A DNA stretch of 63,612 nt, counting the filler, from Actinomycetota bacterium (GTDB lineage: Bacteria; Actinomycetota; Acidimicrobiia; Spongiisociales; UBA4744), in NCBI GenBank assembly GCA_013152275.1. It is 5 parts of 5 records of this genome, joined end to end, with 100 filler letters (N's around TTAATTAATTAA, not from the genome) between each part and the next. Parts side by side here need not be neighbours in the genome. Positions count along the whole stretch, not along the records: positions 26,109 to 50,005 come from JAADGS010000071.1; 4 more parts are not named here. One strand, given 5' to 3'. Below the pieces are notes generated by a model. It ran no database searches. It worked only from the letters and a program-made list of their open reading frames with translations, and was not told the origin of the DNA. This document shows positions 38,984 to 48,275 of the stretch, piece by piece. Position 1 is the stretch's first letter, and every line of letters begins with the position of its first letter. A program made the position numbers and the translations under genes.

Positions 38984-40240
38984 TCATACCTCCTCTGCGG
39001 GAATGTCCTGCCCCACAATGATAGTGAGATCCACAACTCCACTGGGTTGACGAACCTCGACGACGACCTCTCCCCTTCCCAGCACCTTTCTGGCATCGAG
39101 AGCGGCCTGCTGATGCTCCCGTCCCTGCGCGATGATCCGAGTCTCGGCATAGGTGCTCTTGTCGGCGTTGTCGGTGCGAACGATTCGGAACCCGTGGCGG
39201 ATGAGCGCCGCCGCCACCGGACGGGTCGTGCCTATCCGGCCGTTCCCATTGAGCACTTCCACACGAGGTCGGGTCTTTGCAGTGAACTGCAGGTACGCGA
39301 AACGCCCGGAGGCGAAAGCGGCGGCCGCGTCTCCGCCGATCTGGTACATCTCCGAGTCACCCCCTGCACGCTCGATACGTTCGACCGGCACGGCTGTCAG
39401 TTGCAGTTCCTTCGACTGGACGGCGCCGAGCAGCGCCTGACGCGCCAAGGCCGGGTCACCGAGAACACGGCTGACCAACTGATCGACCAGAGCCGGCTGC
39501 GAGGCCATCCGGGAAAAGATCGCTCTCCAGACCGACCCTTGACGATCGAGCCATTCGAGCTGGGTTCCCGTCCCCTGCTCCGTGAGGATCCGTTCGACAT
39601 CATCCTGTGATCGAAGGGCCGACCCGACATCCATCGCGACGACTTCGCCCGAGCCGACCTCGACCACGAGCGGCGATGTCAGGTCGACGTCGAGGCCCGA
39701 TCCCAGGAGCGCGGTGAGTTCCCCCGCTGTGATCTGCACGCTCCCGTCCACCCGGACACCCAGCAGATTCGATACGGTCAACTCGGGAAGATTCGCCGCA
39801 CCGAACCGGGTCGAGTCGCTGATCTGCCGATCGCCGAAACCGGGAAGTACGGTCAGCAGGCCCGGAGGGAAGAGCGCGATCAACGCTCCGTCCGGATCCG
39901 CGCCGATCAGCGCCAGGGACACTGCCCTGCCGCCATCGCCCGTCACGGCGATGAGCACCGACGCTCCCGACGCCGGCGGGGGGGCCTCACCTGCGGGACC
40001 CGCCGTGGGCCGAGAGATGACGATAAGTGAGACGGCGACCGCCGCAGCGATCAGGATGACGGCGCCGAGAGAAGCGAACAGGATCCTTCTGCGCGCCTCG
40101 CCGCGCACAGCCCTCCGGGCCGCACGGTTCAGCTCCCTGGGAGATGCCTGATCTTCCAGCAGTCCGCTCCTACGTCGCCTGCCTCCCCCCACGCGCACGA
40201 CCAGCCCGCGAGCACGGCGCAGTTTGCGATGATCACCCAT
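38984..40240 (-). CDS. Membrane-anchored LCP-like/LytR C-terminal domain protein
   Basis: N-terminal TM; C-terminal VEVLNGNG..DNAD..DLTIIVGQD. Confidence 0.75.
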   Translation of the reverse strand: MGDHRKLRRARGLVVRVGGGRRRRSGLLEDQASPRELNRAARRAVRGEARRRILFASLGAVILIAAAVAVSLIVISRPTAGPAGEAPPPASGASVLIAVTGDGGRAVSLALIGADPDGALIALFPPGLLTVLPGFGDRQISDSTRFGAANLPELTVSNLLGVRVDGSVQITAGELTALLGSGLDVDLTSPLVVEVGSGEVVAMDVGSALRSQDDVERILTEQGTGTQLEWLDRQGSVWRAIFSRMASQPALVDQLVSRVLGDPALARQALLGAVQSKELQLTAVPVERIERAGGDSEMYQIGGDAAAAFASGRFAYLQFTAKTRPRVEVLNGNGRIGTTRPVAAALIRHGFRIVRTDNADKSTYAETRIIAQGREHQQAALDARKVLGRGEVVVEVRQPSGVVDLTIIVGQDIPAEEV

Positions 40241-40814
40241 ACAGACCTTGCCGGTTGATGTACTGCCAGACGTTCTCGCGAACCATGAAGCGGATCGAGA
40301 GACCGGAACCCGCACGCTCCCGAAGCATGGTCCCGCTCACATCGAGCGTGGGCATATCCAGCCAGGTGAAAGACCGGGGTACCACACGTTCGATGTCCTC
40401 CCTCGAGGTGCCCGGCCTTGGTGCGACGGCAAGATCGGCTCGTTCGAGCACCTCCTCCCAACGATGCCACGTCGTGATTCCTTGCGCGGCATCCGAGCCG
40501 AGGATGAGGAACAGCTCTTCATCATCGGGAAACTCGGTGAGGGTCTCGAACGTGTAGGTCCAGCCACTCCTACGGACTTCGCGGTCGTCGGCTTCGAAGT
40601 AGGAGACACCTTCGACCGCGAGCCGGGTCATCTCCCAGCGATCTTCCGGTGACGTCATCGAGTCACCGGCCTTCTGCCACGGGTGGCCGGCCGGAAGGAA
40701 AGTGACGACATCCAGTTCGAGATCGCGATAGGCGACCTCGCCCGCGACGAGATGCGCTATATGAGGAGGATCGAATGTCCCGCCAAGCAAGCCCCTACGC
40801 ACGACCGAAAGCAT
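40233..40814 (-). CDS. nadD: Nicotinate-nucleotide adenylyltransferase
   Basis: GLLGGTFDPPHIAHL, PAGHPWQK, TYT, LILGSD, VSGT. Confidence 0.94.
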   Translation of the reverse strand: MLSVVRRGLLGGTFDPPHIAHLVAGEVAYRDLELDVVTFLPAGHPWQKAGDSMTSPEDRWEMTRLAVEGVSYFEADDREVRRSGWTYTFETLTEFPDDEELFLILGSDAAQGITTWHRWEEVLERADLAVAPRPGTSREDIERVVPRSFTWLDMPTLDVSGTMLRERAGSGLSIRFMVRENVWQYINRQGLYG

Positions 40815-40843
40815 AGGCGACAGAACAGACGATGGTGCACGTG

Positions 40844-41305
40844 TTACCGATCGAGCGGCACCAGACGCAAGCTACCCCTGCTGCACGACAACACCAGTGC
40901 CGGATCGATGTAGCGAGTCCCAACCCTCGCGGAGAGATGAAGAGCACCGACGCCATGATCCGTCCCGCTCTCCCCCAGCACATCCCCTGCGTGCAGTCGG
41001 TCCCCTGGTGCGACGGTGATTGCGAGAAGATACGAATACGACGTGCGAAGGGAACCGCCGTGGAAGATGGTCACGGTGCGAACTCCGGCCACCACATTCG
41101 CGAAGGTCACGGTCCCATCCGCCACCGCACGAACCGCGCTGCCCCTCTCCATGGCCAAGTCGACGCCCCAATGACCCGCGTAGGAACCGACGGGCGCGAA
41201 CGTGCGAACGACCCGACCGACGGGCGAGGCGATCGCATCCCCGCACGGAACGCCGGGCACGGCGCCGGCGAGAACGATGACACCCACCAACAGGCTTCGC
41301 AGCAT
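40844..41305 (-). CDS. M23 family peptidase
   Basis: HWGVD, VRAVADGTV, LHLSAR..YIDP; signal peptide. Confidence 0.85.
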   Translation of the reverse strand: MLRSLLVGVIVLAGAVPGVPCGDAIASPVGRVVRTFAPVGSYAGHWGVDLAMERGSAVRAVADGTVTFANVVAGVRTVTIFHGGSLRTSYSYLLAITVAPGDRLHAGDVLGESGTDHGVGALHLSARVGTRYIDPALVLSCSRGSLRLVPLDR

Positions 41306-41539
41306 GGAGCACCTCTTCGCTCCCTCCCGTGCGACCACGAGGTAAACGGTACGTGTCGGAGCCGGTGAAGGGAAGGGGGACGATGTCGAGTCTCAGGCGA
41401 CGACCGTGGAGACTGCCGAGGGATGCATGGCACGCATCTCGACGGCCGTGCATCGCCCTTCGGCGCAGTGCGCGATTGCGCTTTGTTACTTGAGAGCCAC
41501 GACGCTCGCCCCGCGACACTGCACCGATGCCGGTCGCGA

Positions 41540-41574
41540 TGCGAAGTACGAAATACGAAGTACCGAATACGAGA
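41540..41574 (+). repeat. Degenerate heptamer tandem repeat, 5 units
   Basis: TGCGAAG TACGAAA TACGAAG TACCGAA TACGAGA; inverted relative at 42156-42184. Confidence 0.65.
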
Positions 41575-41635
41575 TGCAACACGCACAGCCACGAATCAAC
41601 GGACGGGCGTCACTCGGCAGACAGCTCCCGAGCGC

Positions 41636-42025
41636 TCAGACGACGTGGCCGACGGACTGTTCGGCAACGATTCGGAGGATCTCTTGGCGCAGTTCGTCCG
41701 GCTGGAACGGCTTGGTGATGAAACCGTCGGCACCGCTTTCGTCTGCACGCCGACGAGACTCCTCCTCTGCATGAGCCGTGAGCACCAACACCGGAAGTGA
41801 CCGAGTCCTCGGATCGGAACGAAGCCGATCGAGGACCTCCCAACCGTCCATCTCGGGAAGACCGATGTCCAAGACCATGAGATCCGGACTCTCACTCAGC
41901 GCAGCCTCGAGAGCGCCGGGCCCATCCTCTCGCATCACGACCTCGAGATCGGCCGGGCGGAGGCACACCTCGATGAGGCGACGGATCACCGCCGAATCTT
42001 CGACGACCAGCACGCGGCGACTCAC
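41636..42025 (-). CDS. Stand-alone response regulator receiver protein
   Basis: VLVVEDS, DLMVLDIGLPEMDG, LTAH, ITKPF; SD AAGGAG. Confidence 0.92.
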   Translation of the reverse strand: MSRRVLVVEDSAVIRRLIEVCLRPADLEVVMREDGPGALEAALSESPDLMVLDIGLPEMDGWEVLDRLRSDPRTRSLPVLVLTAHAEEESRRRADESGADGFITKPFQPDELRQEILRIVAEQSVGHVV

Positions 42026-42262
42026 GTTGACACTCCTTCTTGAAGTCTTGCACCGTTCATCGGCAGCAGCCGTACGACCCTTAACGGGTTTCATTGCTCG
42101 CCGGCGTCCAAGCCGGCGTCCAGGCCGGGGTCCGGGCCGACGTCGCGCGCTGCCGGTATCTCGTATTCGGCGCTTCGTATCGTGACGAGCATCGGTGTGA
42201 AACCGCGGGGCGAGCGTCGCGGCTCTGGTGGTGACGGCAAACCCGCAGCTGGAAACCGATGA

Positions 42263-43636
42263 CTAGTTCGTCACCTGCTCCACGAACCTTCCGAGCTGTC
42301 GAAGCGTCCTCACCTCGAATGCCCGGCTGAACGGCTCGTAGACCCTCATGACCGAGTCCCCCGTGTTCCAATACGCTCTCGGCTCCGGATTCAGCCAGTA
42401 CACCGAGCGCGCCGATGCGGCAATGTCGGCGAGCAGGTCGGGCCTCGGATCCCGGTAGTTCGTGCGAGCATCGCCCGCAACGATCACCGTCGACCTGGAG
42501 GTCACCTCACTGCCGTATCGCTCCCAGAAGATCTCCAGGGAATGCCCATAATCGGAGTGACCGTCGAACCACAGCACCTCGGCCTCTTCGTGCAGGCGTG
42601 ACACGGCATCCTCGAAGTCGACACCCGGAGAGAAGAACCCCGTCACCTCATCGAGACCGTCGATGAACGCGAAGGAACGGAGACGTGAGAACTGCGCCGC
42701 CATCGCATACACGAACTGCAGCGTGAAGCGTGCGAATGTGGCCATCGATCCGCTGATGTCGGACAACAGCATGATGTCGGGCCGGGAGGGCTTCCGGACA
42801 CGAAACTTGGGCTCCAGCGGCACCCCGCCCGTGGACAGCGATCGACGCACCGTCCGACGGAAATCGAGCCGGCCGACGCGACCTCTCTTTCGTCGCTCTG
42901 CCAACCGGGCTGCGAGCTTGCGGGTGAGTGGATGCAGTGCCCTCTCGATGCCCTGCAACTCATCGCGCGTTGCGTGCATGAGATCCCTGTCCTCGAGCGG
43001 TGTCACCCGCAGGGTGATCGCAACGGCTTCTCTTCCTCGATCGGCGACCAGGCGGCGCCGCACCTCAGCCTGCACCTGTTCACGGAACTCGCCCACCCGA
43101 GCCTGAAGGGCCTCTCGCAACAACCGCTCCTCGATGGCGGTCAACCCTCGCTCTCCAGCATTCTCGACAAGACGTTCGACGGCCCCGTCGAGGTCGAAGG
43201 GGCGAAGCGCCCGGTACAGATAGTACGTCCCACCGACCGGCCTGCCTGCTTCCATCCCTGCGAAACGACGAACCGCGTACTGTGCAAGGGCACGCAACAG
43301 AGCAGCGTCGCCGCTGTCGAGAGCGGCCGTCAACGCATCCATGAGGCTCCCGCCGCCTGCTCCCGACGGGGCACCCGGCGGAGTCTCGTGTTCGGGCTCG
43401 GTTTCTTCCGGTGTTGCACGATCGAGAGCGAAGTAGGTCTCGAATGCGGTCTCGAACGCCCCGTAGTGACGGAAGTTCTTCACCAGCGTGGCGCTGAGCG
43501 CGGTCTTCAGTGCACCCCGATCGACGAGGTCGATCTGGCGAATTGCCTCCATCGAATCGATGGCCTCGACCATCGAGACGGGGACACCCGCGGCGCGCAG
43601 CTCCTGGATGAAGCCGGTGAGCACGTCGAGGAACAT
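42263..43636 (-). CDS. VWA domain protein (CoxE-like)
   Basis: LDFRRTVRRSL, DISGSM, GHSDYG, GDARTNY, WLNPE. Confidence 0.9.
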   Translation of the reverse strand: MFLDVLTGFIQELRAAGVPVSMVEAIDSMEAIRQIDLVDRGALKTALSATLVKNFRHYGAFETAFETYFALDRATPEETEPEHETPPGAPSGAGGGSLMDALTAALDSGDAALLRALAQYAVRRFAGMEAGRPVGGTYYLYRALRPFDLDGAVERLVENAGERGLTAIEERLLREALQARVGEFREQVQAEVRRRLVADRGREAVAITLRVTPLEDRDLMHATRDELQGIERALHPLTRKLAARLAERRKRGRVGRLDFRRTVRRSLSTGGVPLEPKFRVRKPSRPDIMLLSDISGSMATFARFTLQFVYAMAAQFSRLRSFAFIDGLDEVTGFFSPGVDFEDAVSRLHEEAEVLWFDGHSDYGHSLEIFWERYGSEVTSRSTVIVAGDARTNYRDPRPDLLADIAASARSVYWLNPEPRAYWNTGDSVMRVYEPFSRAFEVRTLRQLGRFVEQVTN

Positions 43637-44514
43637 CAGCCTTCCGCGTCGGATCGGAAGTCGTCCGTCACCTTCTCGATGTCGGTCTGGTACTTCAACA
43701 GCACATGGAGCGTGTCTCGCACGATCGCATTGTCGAGGGTTCGAACTCCCAGAGCGAGCAAGGTCCGGGCCCAGTCGAGAGACTCCGAGATCGACGGCGG
43801 CTTGCGAACCTGGATGCTCCGAATGCTGTGCACCAGCCTGGACACCTGATCGGCAAGGTAAGCCGGCAGTTCGGGTACGCGGGCCAGCAGGATCTCTTTC
43901 TCACGCTCGACGGACGGGTAGTCGATATGCAGGAAGAGGCACCGCCGTTTCAACGCCTCGGAGAGTTCTCGGGTGTTGTTGGAAGTCAGCACGACCATCG
44001 GCTGGGTACGAGCGGTGATCGTCCCGAGTTCCGGGATCGACACCTGGAACTCGGAGAGCACCTCGAGGAGCAGCGCCTCGGTCTCGACTTCCACACGATC
44101 GATCTCGTCGATGAGCAATACAACAGGTTCTGGAGACCGAATCGCCTCCAGCAGAGGTCTCGTCAGCAGGAATTCCTCAGAGAAGATGTCGCCTTCGATT
44201 TCCTCCCAGGCCTTGTTCTCCCCCGCCTGGATCCGCAGCAGCTGCTTCTTGTAGTTCCACTCGTAGAGTGCCTTCGATTCGTCGAGCCCCTCGTAACACT
44301 GCAGGCGGATCAGCGCCCTCCCCGAAGCCGCGGCGAGCGCCTTGGCCAGTTCGGTCTTGCCGACACCGGCAGGGCCCTCGACCAGAATCGGTTTGTCCAG
44401 ACGATCGGCGAGAAAGACGACCTGGGCGATCCGATCATCGGCAAGGTAGTTCTGGCGCCGGAGCGCCTCCTTGACTTCTGCCGCGTCACCGAGTCCGCTC
44501 GGTCCGTCGGTCAT
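43636..44514 (-). CDS. MoxR/CoxD family AAA+ ATPase
   Basis: EGPAGVGKTELAK, RLQCYEGLD, LLIDEID, RELSEALKRRC. Confidence 0.93.
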   Translation of the reverse strand: MTDGPSGLGDAAEVKEALRRQNYLADDRIAQVVFLADRLDKPILVEGPAGVGKTELAKALAAASGRALIRLQCYEGLDESKALYEWNYKKQLLRIQAGENKAWEEIEGDIFSEEFLLTRPLLEAIRSPEPVVLLIDEIDRVEVETEALLLEVLSEFQVSIPELGTITARTQPMVVLTSNNTRELSEALKRRCLFLHIDYPSVEREKEILLARVPELPAYLADQVSRLVHSIRSIQVRKPPSISESLDWARTLLALGVRTLDNAIVRDTLHVLLKYQTDIEKVTDDFRSDAEG

Positions 44515-44604
44515 CGTGTCTCCTCCAGGGCTCCCGGCGAGTGTACCGGCCGCGCCGGCCCACAACGCCGTGCCTGGAGCCGGACAACCTATCATTGCTC
44601 CGGC

Positions 44605-45261
44605 ATGAGAATCGTGATTGCAGGCAGCGGCCGTGTTGGAGGGGATCTCGCCCACGCGTTCGCCGACAAAGGCCATGACGTGTCGGTCGTCGACGTGGAC
44701 AAGTCCGCCCTCGAACTGCTCGGCTCCACGTTCAACGGCTCGGTCCACCACGGCTTGGCGTACGACGTGCAAACCTTGCGAGAGGCGGGCATCGAATACG
44801 CCGACGCGTTCATCGCCGTCACCAATTCCGACAACGCCAACCTCATGTCCGTACAACTGGCGAAACAGGTCTTCATGGTCCCGACGACCATTGCCCGCCT
44901 CGACGATCTATTCCGGGAACCTGCCTATCAGGAACTCGACATCGACTACGTTCCGGCGTCTCGCCTCGTCTCTCGGGTGATGTTCAAGAAGGTCATCGAA
45001 AAGGAGTTCGACTTCCACCTGACCTTTGAGACCGGAGAGGTCGAGATTGTCGACATACACCTGGGCAAGCGAGCCGACGGCATGTCGGTTGCCGAGTTCG
45101 AGGTGACGGGACGTCTCAGGGTTGCCGCCGTCCGCCGGGGGGACACGACGCTCATCCCCCAGGATGATTTTCTGCTGCGCCAGGGAGATCTCCTGACGGC
45201 GGCCGCACGTCAGGGAGTCGGCCACAAGCTGCACAGGTACCTCGAGGAGGTCGACCGATGA
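44605..45261 (+). CDS. trkA: TrkA potassium uptake RCK protein 1
   Basis: IVIAGSGRVG, AVTNSDNAN, C-terminal RCK_C. Confidence 0.9.
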   Translation: MRIVIAGSGRVGGDLAHAFADKGHDVSVVDVDKSALELLGSTFNGSVHHGLAYDVQTLREAGIEYADAFIAVTNSDNANLMSVQLAKQVFMVPTTIARLDDLFREPAYQELDIDYVPASRLVSRVMFKKVIEKEFDFHLTFETGEVEIVDIHLGKRADGMSVAEFEVTGRLRVAAVRRGDTTLIPQDDFLLRQGDLLTAAARQGVGHKLHRYLEEVDR

Positions 45262-45920
45262 GAGCCATCGTGGTCGGAGGGGGAAAAGTCGGCGGGTATC
45301 TCGGCAAGGCCCTCAGGAAAGAGGGGCACACGGTCACCGTGGTCGAACGGAGCAAGCCGAAAGGTCAGCGACTCGGGGATACGTCCAATGTTCTCGTCAT
45401 CATCGGTGACGGCACGGAAGTCCAGGTACTCAACAAGGCGAATGCCGCACGAGCCGACTGGGTCGTCGCTGTCACAGGCAAAGACGAGGACAATCTCGTC
45501 GCTTGTCAGCTTGCCAAGACTTTGGGTGCAAAGCATGTCATCGCACGGCTGAACGACCCGACGAATGCCCCCACGTTCGCGGCGCTCAGGGTTCCTGTCG
45601 TTGCCGTGACCGACATGATCGTGCAGGTCATCTCTCGAGAGGTACAGCTCGAGGTCGAGAAGCTGGAAAGGGTAACGCTCCTCGCACGAGGTGAACTCAG
45701 CCTCGTCGAGGTCGACATCCCCGATGGAACTCCGATCCGGCCCGTGAGCAAGGCAGCCCTGCCGCCCAAGACCGTCCTCGTGGCCTTGCTTCGTGAGGAC
45801 GAGGTGTTCATTCCCCACGGTGCCACAGAGCTGCGGCCCGGAGACAGGGTGCTGGCCGTCACGACGCTTCCCGAGGAAGACGAACTCCGAGAAGCTCTCG
45901 GCGCGGGGTCGGACCAGTGA
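45258..45920 (+). CDS. trkA: TrkA potassium uptake RCK protein 2
   Basis: IVVGGGKVG, GDGT, AVTGKDEDNL, PHGATELRPGD. Confidence 0.9.
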   Translation: MRAIVVGGGKVGGYLGKALRKEGHTVTVVERSKPKGQRLGDTSNVLVIIGDGTEVQVLNKANAARADWVVAVTGKDEDNLVACQLAKTLGAKHVIARLNDPTNAPTFAALRVPVVAVTDMIVQVISREVQLEVEKLERVTLLARGELSLVEVDIPDGTPIRPVSKAALPPKTVLVALLREDEVFIPHGATELRPGDRVLAVTTLPEEDELREALGAGSDQ

Positions 45921-46069
45921 CATTCCGTCCGAGGCCTGCGGTGGTTCGAAGGGTGTATGAGAACGTCACCGGAGCGCTGGCGACACTCGCCATCGAGTTT
46001 GGCGTTGCCGTGCTTCTCTTCGCGATGTCCTTGATAACCGCAGCCGTGATCATCGCACTCTTTCGCTGA
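45917..46069 (+). CDS. 50-aa membrane microprotein (absent from the ORF track)
   Basis: MTFRPRPAVVRRVYENVTGALATLAIEFGVAVLLFAMSLITAAVIIALFR; GTGA overlap upstream, TGATG overlap downstream. Confidence 0.7.
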   Translation: MTFRPRPAVVRRVYENVTGALATLAIEFGVAVLLFAMSLITAAVIIALFR

Positions 46070-47559
46070 TGCTGTTGCGACCAACCCAGGACGACCTGAA
46101 ACTCATCGGCTACAACGTCGCCCGGATGCTGCTCATCTCGGCTGTCGCCGGACTGATCCCTCTCGCCTGGGCACTGGCCGCCCGTGAGTGGGCTCCGGCG
46201 GCGGATTTCCTCGTGATGGTTGGTCTGTACGCGGTACTCGGTGCCCTCGGACTCATTCTGCGCCCACAGAAGGACCGCTTGGACTGGAGCCACGGGATGG
46301 TCGTCGTGGCACTGATCTGGTTGATCGTTCCCATCGTCGGAGCCGTCCCGCTGGCACTGTCGGGCCACTTCGCCGGCTGGCTGGATGCCTTCTTCGACGC
46401 CATGAGCGGTATCACGACCACAGGGCTGACCCTCGTCCAGGACCTCGATCACATGGCATCCTCGATGGTCATCTGGAGACACGTCCTCCACTTCCTGGGC
46501 GGCCAGGGAATCATCATCGCGGCGCTCAGTCTCTTCTCGGGAGCAGGCACCGCAACCCTCTACTACGGGGAAGCCAGGGACGACCAGATCTTCCCTTCCG
46601 TACGCTCCACGGCCAGGTTCATCTGGCTCGTCTCCATCCTGAACGGCGTGGCGGGCATCGCCGCCCTCTCACTCGTCGCGTACCTGGACCTCGGGTTCGG
46701 GGCGCTCCGGTCCTTCTATCACGGTGCGACGATCTTCATGGCAGCGTTCGACACCGGCGGTTTTGCTCCACAGAGCACCAGCATCGCCTACTACCACTCG
46801 GCACCGTTCGAAATGGTCGTGGCCGTGCTCATGGTCGCCGGAGCGATGAGCTTTGGGGTCCACTTCGCACTGTGGCGTCGCAGGTCGGTGCTCGGCAACC
46901 TCGAGACGAAGACGATCCTGCTCACGTTCGCAGGGACGCTGATCATCACACAGATCGGACTCGCGATGGCAGGCACCTACCGCAGCATTGCCGGACTCGG
47001 GCGCCAGAGCTTCTTCCAAGTGCTTTCCGCGCACACGGGTACCGGCTTCTCGACGGTCCCCTCCAAGGAACTGGCCATGTGGGGTGGGTTGGCATTCGGA
47101 GGAATGACGATCGCGATGGCCCTCGGAGGAATGGCCTCGTCGACGGCCGGCGGAGTCAAGTCGCTTCGGGTCGGCCTGGTACTGCGCTCCATCGGAGCAC
47201 AGGTCAAACAGGTGCTGTTGCCCGAGGGAGCCGTGATCTCTCACCGCTTCTGGCAGAACGGCCCCAGGACCCTCACCGACAATCTCAAACAGGCCGTCAT
47301 GGCCATCTCCTTGCTCTATGTGGCCCTGTACATCTTGGGTGCCGGCATCGCGCTCGCAGTCGGCATCCCTCTCCAGCAAGCACTGTTCGAATCGGTGAGC
47401 GCGGCGGCGAACGTCGGCCTTTCGGTCGGTGTCACGACTCCCTCCATGCCCGCGGCACTCAAACTGACCTACGCCTTCCAGATGTGGGCCGGCCGGCTCG
47501 AGTTCATCGCAATCTTCGCCCTCATCGGATTCGCATGGTCGCTGGTGAGAGGGAAATGA
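46069..47559 (+). CDS. trkH: TrkH potassium uptake membrane protein
   Basis: Four P-loops SGITTTG, AFDTGGF, AHTGTGF, AANVGLS; MWAGRLE. Confidence 0.93.
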   Translation: MLLRPTQDDLKLIGYNVARMLLISAVAGLIPLAWALAAREWAPAADFLVMVGLYAVLGALGLILRPQKDRLDWSHGMVVVALIWLIVPIVGAVPLALSGHFAGWLDAFFDAMSGITTTGLTLVQDLDHMASSMVIWRHVLHFLGGQGIIIAALSLFSGAGTATLYYGEARDDQIFPSVRSTARFIWLVSILNGVAGIAALSLVAYLDLGFGALRSFYHGATIFMAAFDTGGFAPQSTSIAYYHSAPFEMVVAVLMVAGAMSFGVHFALWRRRSVLGNLETKTILLTFAGTLIITQIGLAMAGTYRSIAGLGRQSFFQVLSAHTGTGFSTVPSKELAMWGGLAFGGMTIAMALGGMASSTAGGVKSLRVGLVLRSIGAQVKQVLLPEGAVISHRFWQNGPRTLTDNLKQAVMAISLLYVALYILGAGIALAVGIPLQQALFESVSAAANVGLSVGVTTPSMPAALKLTYAFQMWAGRLEFIAIFALIGFAWSLVRGK

Positions 47560-48101
47560 TGCGCACGTTCGCTCTCCTGCTCATCGTCGCCCTGCTGCTG
47601 CTCGTCGCCTCTCCCGCCCTGGCGGCCACGGCCACCGTGAGCGGCGCGCAGCTGATCGCAAACCCCGCAGCCTTCGACGGGAAACAGGTCACGATCTCCG
47701 GAGAGCTCATCGGTGACTACGGCTTCCGAGATGACGGCACCGTCTGGGCACAACTCAATGACGACGCATACGCCCTCTCGCCGTTGCGTGCCGGTGGAAG
47801 CCTGCGCGGGGCGAACACCGGTATCGGCATCCACGCAGACAAGGCGTTCTTCGTCTCGCTCGATCCGCCAGGACGGTACAACCGAGTCGGTCCGATCGTG
47901 AGTGCCACGGGCACATGGCGCTACCACGATCCCGGTCGGGGTGGAGAGAGCTACCTGGAGGTCGAGTCCCTCGAGGTCGTCAAGCAGGGGTACCCTGTCG
48001 GCGAGAACACCCGGCCCGCCGTGGTGGTCGTCGGCCTCCTGCTGGCGATCGCCGCCGCGGCTCTGCTCGTCTTCGGCGCCGCGGTCAGAGCCAAGGAGTA
48101 G
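47556..48101 (+). CDS. Exported, C-terminally anchored protein, probable OB fold
   Basis: Signal peptide ..SPALA; LIANPAAFDGKQVTISGELIGD; C-terminal TM; ATGA overlap with trkH. Confidence 0.7.
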   Translation: MMRTFALLLIVALLLLVASPALAATATVSGAQLIANPAAFDGKQVTISGELIGDYGFRDDGTVWAQLNDDAYALSPLRAGGSLRGANTGIGIHADKAFFVSLDPPGRYNRVGPIVSATGTWRYHDPGRGGESYLEVESLEVVKQGYPVGENTRPAVVVVGLLLAIAAAALLVFGAAVRAKE

Positions 48102-48275
48102 CAGGCGGCACCGGTCGTCTTCGTGTGCCCGATCAGGGCTCGTACCGAAGCCGGCCGCCGTGGTCGCCCCGCGATCCCTCATCGACGTCACGTTCGATAC
48201 GAGATGACGAAGGACGGCATACGCGTGTGACGTGATCCGCCGTCCCTTGACGCCCCGGCGTCGCTCGGCGGGTTC

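Noticed and set aside
44515..44604. c-di-AMP riboswitch before the Trk operon
   Set aside because: 90-bp divergent gap is too short; TATCAT just before the ATG suggests a leaderless transcript
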